64,000 bases of DNA from an uncultured Chloroflexia bacterium (GTDB lineage Bacteria; Chloroflexota; Limnocylindria; Limnocylindrales; CSP1-4): the NCBI GenBank assembly GCA_963850045.1, contig CAWKJL010000003.1, positions 368,819 to 432,818 of the forward strand, written 5' to 3'. Positions 56,472 through 64,000 of the stretch are shown piece by piece (within the stretch, counting starts at the first letter, position 1; every line of letters begins with the position of its first letter). Under the pieces are notes generated by a model. That model saw only the letters and a list, made by a program, of their open reading frames with translations. It was not told where the DNA came from and did not search any database. The position numbers were made by a program, and so were the translations under genes.

Positions 56472-58202
56472 ATGACCCGGACCGATACCACCGTGGTCGG
56501 GGCGCTGGTCGTGCTGCTCGCGCTGATCGCGGGCCTCGTCGGCATCCCCGCGCTCACCGCGATCACGGCCTCGCCATCGCCGACCGGCCCCACGTACGCG
56601 TCCGCCCGCGCCTATCGCGAGGGCGTCGTCGGGCACCCCGGCTCGGTCAGCCCGCTGACGGCACGGACACAGGCCGACCGCGACCTGGTCGCGCTCGTCT
56701 TTTCGGGGCTCGTCCGCAACGGCCCGAACGGCACGATCGTGCCGGACCTGGCCTCGAGCTGGACCGTCGACGCGACCGGCAAGACCTGGACCTTCGACAT
56801 CCGACCCGACGCGCGCTGGCACGACGGGGAGCCGGTCACCGCGGACGACGTCGTCTACACGATCCAGACGCTCCAGGATCCGGCGTACAAGGGACCGGCC
56901 TCGACGTCGTGGAGCGAGGTCTCGGTCGAGGCCCTGTCCCCGCTCGAGGTGACGTTCACGCTGACCACGCCGCTGGGCGGCTTCCTGCAGGCCGCGACCC
57001 AGCCCATCGCGCCGGTCCATCTGCTCGGTGAGGTCCCGGTCGACCTGCTGCCCGACCACCCCTTCGGGCGCCAGCCCGTCGGATCCGGCCCGTTCGCGCT
57101 CGTCACCCTCGACGACGCCCATGCCGAGCTCGTCCCGGCCGAGGCCGTCGAGCCGGCGGCCGCGGCGAGCGCCGATCCGTCGGCGCTCCCGACCGATTCG
57201 CTCACGACCGCGCGACCCACCGACCGCCCGGAGCGGCCGACGCCCTACCTCGCCGGGATCGACCTGCACTTCTACGACACCGCCGACCAGCTCGCCGCCG
57301 CCTACCGGGCGGGGGACCTCGACGCGGCATCCGGTCTGCAGCCGGCGGTGGCGACGGATCTCGCGACGACGCCGGGCAGCCGGCTCCTGCGCTACCCGGG
57401 TTCGACCCTCACGGCCGTCCTCCTCAACCTGCGGCCCACCCATGCCGAGTTCCGCGACCCGAAGGTCCGGACGGCGCTGCTCGCCGCGATCGACCGCGCC
57501 TCGATCGTCGACTCGGTCTACGCGAACGCCGCGGTCGTGGCGCCCGATCCGATCCCGCCCACCTCGACCCTGTTCGATGCCGCCGCCGACCCGCTCGTCC
57601 CGTTCTCCCGCGCCGAGGCGAAGACGGCCCTCAAGGCGGCCGGTTGGACCCAGAAGGACGACGGCTGGCACCTGCCCAACGCGAAGGCGCCGCTCGCGCT
57701 CGACGTCGCCAGCCCGGACAAGGCCTCCAACCCGGTCGCCTTCGCGGTCGCGGCCGCCGTGGTCAAGGACTGGAAGGCGATCGGCCTCGATGCCACCCAC
57801 GAGGCGCTCCCGCCGGCCCAGTTCGTGATGGAGCGGCTGTCGAGCGGGACCTTCTCCGCGGCCGTCACGGACGTGACGATCGGCCTCGACCCCGACCTCT
57901 ACCCGCTGCTGGCGTCCAGCCAGACCCGGACGGGCGGTTCCAACGTCGCCGGCGTCCAGGATCCGGCCCTGGACAAGCTGCTCACGACGGCCCGGGCGCC
58001 CGGCACGCCGGCCGCCCGCGAGGCGGCGTATTCGGCCCTCGAGAAGGCGCTCGGAACGGGCCGATACCTCCTTCCGATCGCCTTCGCGGACGAGACCGTG
58101 GTGGTCAGCGACGCCGTCGAAGGACCCGCTCCGCGACAGGTCGCCGACCCGGCTGACCGATTTTGGGATGTGCTAACATGGCGCCTCGCCGACGGCCGGT
58201 AG
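56472..58202 (+). CDS. ABC transporter substrate-binding protein, family 5 (peptide/nickel type)
   Basis: Signal anchor. Motifs IVPDLASSWTV and WHDGEPVTADDVVYT. Confidence 0.75.
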   Translation: MTRTDTTVVGALVVLLALIAGLVGIPALTAITASPSPTGPTYASARAYREGVVGHPGSVSPLTARTQADRDLVALVFSGLVRNGPNGTIVPDLASSWTVDATGKTWTFDIRPDARWHDGEPVTADDVVYTIQTLQDPAYKGPASTSWSEVSVEALSPLEVTFTLTTPLGGFLQAATQPIAPVHLLGEVPVDLLPDHPFGRQPVGSGPFALVTLDDAHAELVPAEAVEPAAAASADPSALPTDSLTTARPTDRPERPTPYLAGIDLHFYDTADQLAAAYRAGDLDAASGLQPAVATDLATTPGSRLLRYPGSTLTAVLLNLRPTHAEFRDPKVRTALLAAIDRASIVDSVYANAAVVAPDPIPPTSTLFDAAADPLVPFSRAEAKTALKAAGWTQKDDGWHLPNAKAPLALDVASPDKASNPVAFAVAAAVVKDWKAIGLDATHEALPPAQFVMERLSSGTFSAAVTDVTIGLDPDLYPLLASSQTRTGGSNVAGVQDPALDKLLTTARAPGTPAAREAAYSALEKALGTGRYLLPIAFADETVVVSDAVEGPAPRQVADPADRFWDVLTWRLADGR

Positions 58203-58220
58203 CGGTCGAAAGGGTCCATC

Positions 58221-58307
58221 GCCGAGGTGGCGGAACTGGTAGACGCGCTAGCTTCAGGAGCTAGTGTCCGCAAGGGCGTATGGGTTCAAATCCCTTCCTC
58301 GGTACCA
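58221..58307 (+). tRNA. tRNA-Leu(CAG)
   Basis: GCCGAGGTGGCGGAACTGGTAGACGCG...anticodon loop TTCAGGA...long variable arm...CCA. Confidence 0.85.
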
Positions 58308-58341
58308 ACCCCTCCGTGATGGACCCGAGCCCGGTGCACCT

Positions 58342-58426
58342 GCCCAGGTGGCGGAATTGGTATACGCGTACGTTTGAGGGGCGTATGAGGCAACTCATCC
58401 GGGTTCAAGTCCCGGCCTGGGCACCA
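58342..58426 (+). tRNA. tRNA-Leu(GAG)
   Basis: GCCCAGGTGGCGGAATTGGTATACGCG...anticodon loop TTGAGGG...long variable arm...CCA. Confidence 0.8.
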
Positions 58427-58479
58427 CTCCTTCGAGCGACCTGACGACCGTCCCACCGGACGGTCGTCATACTGTCCGC

Positions 58480-58556
58480 GGGCGGTTAGCTCAGAGGGTC
58501 AGAGCGCCCCGTTTACACCGGGGAGGTCACTGGTTCGATCCCAGTACCGCCCACCA
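58480..58556 (+). tRNA. tRNA-Val(TAC)
   Basis: GGGCGGTTAGCTCAGAGGG...anticodon loop TTTACAC...GGTTCGATCC...CCA. Confidence 0.85.
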
Positions 58557-58651
58557 CCCTGGTCCCGGCGGCCTGGCCGGCGTCCCTGACGCGGGCTGCT
58601 AGACTCGATGGCGACGGTCGCCGCCCCAGGCCGGCCTGTTGGAGGACTCGG

Positions 58652-59221
58652 ATGAACTGGCCTTTGATCATCATCATCGCGATCGTCGTGATCCTGGTCA
58701 TCGGGCTGATCTCGATCTACAACGGCCTGGTGCAGCGCCGACTGCGCATCGATGAGGCGTTCGCCCAGATCGAGGTCCAGCTCAAGCGCCGCCATGACCT
58801 GATCCCGAACCTCGTCAACGCCGTGAAGGGCTACATGGGGTTCGAGCAGAAGGTCCTCACGGACGTCACGAACGCGCGGGCCAACGCCGTCGCCGCGGGC
58901 GCCCAGGGACCGGTCCAGCAGGCCGCCGCCGAGAACGCCCTGACCGGCACGCTGCGCTCGCTGTTCGCGACCGTCGAGAACTATCCCGAGCTGAAGGCCA
59001 ACCAGAACGTCCTCGCGCTCCAGGAGCAGCTGACCACGACGGAGAACCAGATCTCCTTCGCGCGCCAGCACTACAACGCCAGCGTCCTCGACTACAACAC
59101 CGGCATCGCCACGTTCCCGAGCGTCCTCATCGCCGGGATCTTCGGCTTCGTCAAGCGCGAGTTCTTCGACGCCGAGCCCGAGGCCCAGGCGGTCCCGAAC
59201 GTCGACCTCAATCTGAGCTGA
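58652..59221 (+). CDS. lemA: LemA family protein
   Basis: RBS GGAGGA. N-terminal transmembrane helix. Motifs YNGLV and ENYPELKAN. Confidence 0.8.
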   Translation: MNWPLIIIIAIVVILVIGLISIYNGLVQRRLRIDEAFAQIEVQLKRRHDLIPNLVNAVKGYMGFEQKVLTDVTNARANAVAAGAQGPVQQAAAENALTGTLRSLFATVENYPELKANQNVLALQEQLTTTENQISFARQHYNASVLDYNTGIATFPSVLIAGIFGFVKREFFDAEPEAQAVPNVDLNLS

Positions 59222-59243
59222 CCGCCCGCTCGCGGGAGACCCC

Positions 59244-60234
59244 GTGGCCCGCTCGACGTTCTACGACCAGATCGCCGCGAACCGGCGCAACTCGTTCCTG
59301 CTCGCCTTGCTGGTCATCGCCCTGTTCGGGCTGCTGGGCTTCGCCATCGGCTACGCCTGGTTCGGCAGCCCCGCCGGCGCCGTCGGCGTCCTGGCCTTCG
59401 CGCTGTTCCTCGGCGGGCTGAGCGGCGTCGGCAGCTACTACGCCGGCGACAAGCTGGTCCTGGCCGCCAGCCAGGCGCGCGAGGTCGACCTGTCCGCCGC
59501 GCCCCAGCTGCTGAACGTCGTGCAGGAGATCGCGATCGCCGCGAACCTGCCGATGCCCAAGGTCTACATCATCGACGACACGGCGCCCAACGCCTTCGCG
59601 ACCGGCCGCGACCCGCAGCACGCGTCCGTGGCGATCACGACCGGCCTCCTCGAGAAGCTGGACCGCGAGGAGCTGCAGGGCGTCCTCGGCCACGAGATGT
59701 CGCACGTCCGCAACTACGACATCCGCTTCTCGCTGATCGTCGGCGTCATGGTCGGCGGCGATCGCGATCCTCGCCGACTTCTTCCTCCGCTTCTCGTTCT
59801 GGAGCAGCATCACGGGCGGCCGGCAACGGCGGAACGACTCCTCGGGCGGGGGCGGCGGCGCGCAGGCGATCTTCATGGTCATCGCGCTCGTCCTCGCGAT
59901 CATCGCGCCGATCATCAGCCGCTTCGTCCAGCTGGCCGTCAGCCGCCAGCGCGAGTACCTCGCCGACGCGTCGTCGGTGGAGCTGACCCGCAATCCGGCC
60001 GGGCTGGAGCGGGCGCTGGCCAAGATCGCCGAGGACCAGGAGGTCCTCGAGGTCGCCAACCGCGGTACGCAGCACATGTACTTCACGAACCCGATCAAGA
60101 AGTTCGAGCAGCGCTCGTCGGGCCTGATGTCGACCCATCCGCCGATCATCGATCGCATCAACCGGCTGCGCGAGCTGACGGGGGAGGGGCCGCTGGCTCC
60201 GACCGACGCGGCGCCCCTGGCCGGCCTCGACTAG
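59244..60234 (+). CDS. htpX: HtpX-like M48 zinc metalloprotease, with a frame change near 59755 inside a GGCGGCGGCG run
   Basis: HEMSH zinc motif, then a later glutamate in REYLAD. Transmembrane helices. Paired with lemA, as is common. Confidence 0.7.
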
Positions 60235-60330
60235 GGCGTTTCGCGCGCCTGGCCGGCCTCGACCTCGGCCCGCCCGCTCGTGGTATCCTGCCCACCGCCG
60301 ACGGACAGCCCCAGGCTGGTTGGCCATCGG

Positions 60331-60406
60331 GCCGAGATAGCTCAGTTGGTAGAGCACGCGACTGAAAATCGCGGTGTCGCCAGTTCGAATCTGGCTCTCG
60401 GCACCA
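60331..60406 (+). tRNA. tRNA-Phe(GAA)
   Basis: GCCGAGATAGCTCAGTTGGTAGAGC...ACTGAAAAT...GTTCGAATC...CCA. Confidence 0.9.
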
Positions 60407-60430
60407 CCGCTCGCGGTGGTCGTGCTCCGG

Positions 60431-60506
60431 GCGGAAGTGGCTCAGTTGGTAGAGCATCACCTTGCCAAGGTGAGGGTCGCGGGTTCGAGTCCCGTCTTCC
60501 GCTCCA
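60431..60506 (+). tRNA. tRNA-Gly(GCC)
   Basis: GCGGAAGTGGCTCAGTTGGTAGAGC...CTTGCCAAG...GGTTCGAGTCC...CCA. Confidence 0.9.
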
Positions 60507-60528
60507 TTCCTCCCTCGAAGGTCCCCGC

Positions 60529-60602
60529 TGCCCCTTCGTCTAGTGGTAGGACAGCGGACTTTGGATCCGTGAACCGAGGTTCGAATCCTCGAGGGGCAGC
60601 CA
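60529..60602 (+). tRNA. tRNA-Gln(TTG)
   Basis: U1-A72 acceptor pair, which is typical of bacterial tRNA-Gln. Anticodon loop CTTTGGA. T-arm GGTTCGAATCC. CCA encoded. Confidence 0.75.
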
Positions 60603-60635
60603 GACATCTCGACGGGGTCCGCCCCGGACGATCGC

Positions 60636-60712
60636 GGCGACGTGGTGAAGTGGCTCAACACGGAGGTCTGCAAAACCTCTATTCACCGGTTCGAATCCGG
60701 TCGTCGCCTCCA
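60636..60712 (+). tRNA. tRNA-Cys(GCA)
   Basis: GGCGACGTGGTGAAGTGG...anticodon loop CTGCAAA...GGTTCGAATCC...CCA. Confidence 0.85.
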
Positions 60713-62011
60713 CACTTCTGAGCACGAACAGACCCGCTGGGTGACCAGCGGGTCTTCGTTTGGTCGGGAGTCTGGCGGGAGACCTTCGACTCGCTCAGGC
60801 TCGGCTGGCGGCGACATCGACGCATCACCCGATTCGAGCGACCTGGCCGAGTCTACGGAGTCGCCGGACGCGTCCGGCGGGGCCTGCTCGACCGGCACGG
60901 TGGCGCCCCCCTCGGGCCGCGACGTCGCCTGCTGGAGCGCCCGTCCGATCAGCTCGAACAGCGGAGCCACCTGGCCGAGCAGTTCCGCTCCGTCGCCATA
61001 GATGGTCAGGTTCGTGCCCTGGAGGACGCGGGACGCGGCCGCCACGATCTCCGGCGCGTTCTCGACTGGCAGCCGTTCAAGATCAAGGACCTGCTGTGCG
61101 CGCGGCAGCAGGAGCTGCTGTTCGACCTCCAGCGCCTTGACCTCGGCCTGCAGCCGCTGTAGTTCGAGTTCCTCGGCCAGCGCCGCTCGCTCGGTCTCGA
61201 TCCGCAGCAGGCGGACCGGGGCCTCGGCAGTCAGGCGATCCTGCTCGGCAGCGAGGCGGCCGTGGAGCCGTTGCTGTTCGAGTTCGCCCTCCTGACGCTC
61301 TGTTGCGAAGTGCTCGTCCAGATCGCGGCGCATCCGGGCGACTCGAGCGCTCTCCAGCTCTTCCTCGCGGCGAAGGGTGGCCTGGGCAGCCGCCAGCTTC
61401 TGCTCCTGGATCCGAGTCTCGGACGCCAGCTCAGCCAACTGGAACTGCTCCTGAGCCTGCATGTTCGACTGGTCGGCCTTCAGCTTGATCTCGTTGCGGA
61501 CCTCGGCCTCGAGCTGCTGCCGAAGGGTGGGGTCGACGATGAAGACCTGGGCGACCTGCGAGGCCTCGATCCGGACGCCCCATTCCGTCGCATCGCTGGC
61601 TTCGGGGTGGACCGTCGCCTGCAACGCCGCGTCGACGACGCCGCTCAGCGTCGTCTTCCGCTGCTCGATGCACTCGACCATCGTCATGTGCGACACGGCG
61701 TGTCGCAGTTCGCCGTAACAGACATGGGTGAGCAGGGTCGTGATCTGGGTCGTGCCGTCGCCCTTGGTGAAGTCGAACATCGCGGCCGCAGCCACGGGGT
61801 CGGTGATCCGGTAGATGAACGTGCCCTTGAACCGAAGCGGGACGCCGTCCTTGGTCTCCTGGGTGAACTCGAACGCCGCTTCCTGTTTCGTGCTCGGGAC
61901 CAGCACGTAGATCGTGCCCGGCCGCAGGTAGGTGTTGACCGCTGACCCGCGGTTCTCGAGCACCCCCTTGCGACCGACCAACAGGTACTCGTTCGGACCA
62001 GCGCGCACCAT
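60683..62011 (-). CDS. SPFH/band-7 (flotillin-like) domain protein with a long coiled-coil C-terminus
   Basis: N-terminal band-7 region IYVLVPSTKQ...FIYRITDPV. A long stretch of Glu/Gln/Leu heptads. The ORF's 3' end runs 30 nt into tRNA-Cys, so the true stop is probably slightly upstream. Confidence 0.6.
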   Translation of the reverse strand: MVRAGPNEYLLVGRKGVLENRGSAVNTYLRPGTIYVLVPSTKQEAAFEFTQETKDGVPLRFKGTFIYRITDPVAAAAMFDFTKGDGTTQITTLLTHVCYGELRHAVSHMTMVECIEQRKTTLSGVVDAALQATVHPEASDATEWGVRIEASQVAQVFIVDPTLRQQLEAEVRNEIKLKADQSNMQAQEQFQLAELASETRIQEQKLAAAQATLRREEELESARVARMRRDLDEHFATERQEGELEQQRLHGRLAAEQDRLTAEAPVRLLRIETERAALAEELELQRLQAEVKALEVEQQLLLPRAQQVLDLERLPVENAPEIVAAASRVLQGTNLTIYGDGAELLGQVAPLFELIGRALQQATSRPEGGATVPVEQAPPDASGDSVDSARSLESGDASMSPPAEPERVEGLPPDSRPNEDPLVTQRVCSCSEVWRRRPDSNR

Positions 62012-62275
62012 CGTCTGCCTCCCTTCGGCGGCGGCCTGCGGTCCAGCGTCGCCATGACCCTGCGGCCCCGCTTAGGCGTATCGAAGCATCAGGATCGAGG
62101 GTTTCCAATCAGCCAGAGGTCCCGCCGTGTCCTTCGGCAGCGACGTGCACGGAAGCCGAGCCGGCCGAATAGTCCGTCGGAACGGTCGGCAACTCGCTAG
62201 AGTTGGCGGGTCACGTCAGGCTCGCCCCGTTCGGGGAGTCGCCGGCGCCGTGGCCCGATCGTGTGGAGGACGCTC

Positions 62276-63346
62276 GTGAAGAACCCACCCATCCTGATCG
62301 CCGTCATCGGCTTCTTTGCGGCACTCGCGGGATTCGGATTCCTGTTCCTCGGACTGCGGGTCCTCGGCTTCGACTGGTTCGGCGCGTTCGGCGACCTGCC
62401 CGCCCTCGAGAAGGTCGGCCTGTGGGGCTGGCTCGCGGTCGCGACCGGGATCGTCTGGCTCCTCGTGGCCGGCGGCCTCTGGGCGCTCAGGCCGTGGGCT
62501 CGCCTCTTCGCCCAGGTCGTCGCCGGCATCGCGCTGTTCGAGGCGGTCATCGCCTTCTTCCAGTTCCCGGGCACCGGCATCGCCTTCGGCATGGGCATCA
62601 TGCCGCTGCTGATCCTGTGGTACCTGAGCACGGCCGAGGTCAAGGAAGCGTTCGGGATCGGCGCGAAGCCGGCGGGTGCGCTGGACGCGACGCCGGTGGG
62701 CGTCGCCGGGGCAGCAGCGGTCGCGACCCACGACGAGCCGGCGCATCCCGCGGCGGCACCGGTGGCCGTCGCGGCGACCGCGGCCGCGGTGACGCACGAC
62801 GAACCGGCAGCGCCTCCGGCGGCTCCGGTCGCAGCGGCGGCAGCCGTGGCGGCAGCTCCGGCACCAGCGCCCGAGGCACCCCCCGCGGCCCCGGTCGCCG
62901 CAGCGGCGGCCCCTGCTCCCGCCGCGGAACCCGAGCATCGCTCGGGGATCCAGGACGTCGAAGGGATCGGCCCGGCCGAAGCCGAGAAGCTCGCGGCGGC
63001 CGGCATCACCACCACGGCCGGCCTGCTCGAGGCCGGCGCGAAGCCCGACGGCCGCGAGCGGATCGCGGCGGCTTCGGGCATCAGCAGCAAGCTCATCCTC
63101 GAGTGGGTCAACCACGTGGATCTCATGCGGATCCACGGCGTCGGATCCGAGTACAGCGACCTGCTGGAGGCCGCCGGCGTCGACTCGCCGGCCGAGCTCG
63201 CCCATCGGAACGCGGCCAACCTCGCGGTCACCGTCCAGGAAGTCGTCGCGGCACGGCCGGAGATCGTGCGTCGCGTCCCGACCGAGTCCGAGATCGCCGG
63301 CTGGATCCAGGAGGCCGCGACCCTCGACAAGGTGGTCGAGCACTGA
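62276..63346 (+). CDS. membrane protein with an Ala/Pro-rich linker and a C-terminal helix-hairpin-helix-like (DUF4332-type) domain
   Basis: GGAGGA 5 nt upstream of a GTG start. Four transmembrane helices. Repeated G(I/V)G...AE(L/K)LAAAG(I/V) helix-hairpin-helix-like units at the C-terminus. Confidence 0.5.
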   Translation: MKNPPILIAVIGFFAALAGFGFLFLGLRVLGFDWFGAFGDLPALEKVGLWGWLAVATGIVWLLVAGGLWALRPWARLFAQVVAGIALFEAVIAFFQFPGTGIAFGMGIMPLLILWYLSTAEVKEAFGIGAKPAGALDATPVGVAGAAAVATHDEPAHPAAAPVAVAATAAAVTHDEPAAPPAAPVAAAAAVAAAPAPAPEAPPAAPVAAAAAPAPAAEPEHRSGIQDVEGIGPAEAEKLAAAGITTTAGLLEAGAKPDGRERIAAASGISSKLILEWVNHVDLMRIHGVGSEYSDLLEAAGVDSPAELAHRNAANLAVTVQEVVAARPEIVRRVPTESEIAGWIQEAATLDKVVEH

Positions 63347-63402
63347 CCGACCGCGCGTCCCCGGTCGCGTCGCGAGCGACCGACACACCATCGAACCTGA
63401 CA

Positions 63403-63430
63403 GCCCGCCGGGAGACCGGCGGGCTTCGTC
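63403..63430 (+). terminator. terminator-like hairpin GCCCGCCGG-GAGA-CCGGCGGGC followed by TTCGTCGTC
   Basis: 9-bp GC stem with a tetraloop, 57 nt after the stop of the preceding gene. Confidence 0.4.
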
Positions 63431-63466
63431 GTCGGGAGCGGGAATGCGATCCCACCCTCGGTAACC

Positions 63467-63940
63467 CTAGGCCGTCGGTGTGTGTCGCTCGAGGGCGACC
63501 GCCGCGAGATCCGCCGCGGCCTGGATCGTCGCCGCCTCATCGACGAGCGGGCGATCGTGCGCCAGGGCCAGGACGCCCAGGACCATCTCGGCCCCATCGT
63601 GGGTCACGACGAGGGGCACGTGGCTGCGCAGGGCCGGGCCGCCCGGGGCCATGGGCAGGACATCGAAGGCGGCGACCGGGTCCGCTGCGGTCCGTGCGAC
63701 GGGATGGGCCGGGTTCGTGACGGCGCCCGCCAACGCGGTCGCCGCCTCGTCTCCCAGCCCGGTCGATGCGATGAGCGTCAGGCCGCCGTCGGGATCCGCC
63801 GCGAAGATCGCACTCGAGCCCACGCCGAGCGCGTCGCAGACCGCGTGGAGGATCGTCTGCAACGTCGTGTCGAGGTCGTCCGCGCGGGCGAGCGCAGCGG
63901 CGCCGTCGATCGAGGAGGCGGGTCGAGTCCATCGGCGCAT
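63467..63940 (-). CDS. GAF-domain protein
   Basis: 158 aa with a GAF-like alpha/beta pattern (...LTLIASTGLGDEAATALAG...VLPMAPGGPALRSHVPLVVTHDGAEMVLGVLALAH...). The functional call is weak. Confidence 0.45.
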   Translation of the reverse strand: MRRWTRPASSIDGAAALARADDLDTTLQTILHAVCDALGVGSSAIFAADPDGGLTLIASTGLGDEAATALAGAVTNPAHPVARTAADPVAAFDVLPMAPGGPALRSHVPLVVTHDGAEMVLGVLALAHDRPLVDEAATIQAAADLAAVALERHTPTA

Positions 63941-64000
63941 CGTCGTCCGTCGGCGCCCATCCGGCAAGCCGCGACGCGGAGCCGCTACGCTGGCCGGACG

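Noticed and set aside
60529-60602. Alternative reading of this tRNA as Pro(TGG) or Glu.
   Set aside because: With a 7-nt loop CTTTGGA, positions 34-36 are TTG. The U1-A72 acceptor pair matches bacterial tRNA-Gln rather than Glu or Pro.

Overview
The window is about 70% GC, with gene content that looks Gram-positive (Actinobacteria- or Chloroflexi-like). This rests on a rapZ-yvcK-whiA operon, several ECF sigma/anti-sigma pairs and separately encoded SecD and SecF. It is mostly a housekeeping chromosome segment.

Main content:
- DNA repair genes are unusually dense: dnaE, polA, mutM, uvrB, uvrA, a UvrD-like helicase, uvrC and recJ, with LexA/Cheo-type boxes in front of uvrB and uvrA.
- Secretion genes: secD, secF, tatA, tatC and secG.
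- Central metabolism genes: tpiA, gpmI, pyrF and coaE.
- Two tRNA clusters with seven tRNAs between them (Leu-Leu-Val and Phe-Gly-Gln-Cys), plus a lone tRNA-Leu(CAA).
- Accessory content: three ECF sigma/anti-sigma modules, two of which have PD40/TolB-like beta-propeller anti-sigma factors.
- Also accessory: a VapBC pair with a palindromic operator, a small membrane protein with four MSDxAY repeats, a collagen-like secreted protein, an M6 (InhA-like) metalloprotease, a LemA/HtpX pair, a flotillin-like protein and a membrane protein with a C-terminal helix-hairpin-helix-like domain.

The main caveat is that many conserved genes, some of them essential (dnaE, polA, uvrA, ABC-F, pyrF, htpX), carry clustered single-base frame changes. 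This looks more like consensus or assembly error than decay, so CDS boundaries here are approximate.

I did not see a CRISPR array, a transposase, an integrase or a phage gene. I could not run any database searches; all calls are from reading the translations and the DNA.
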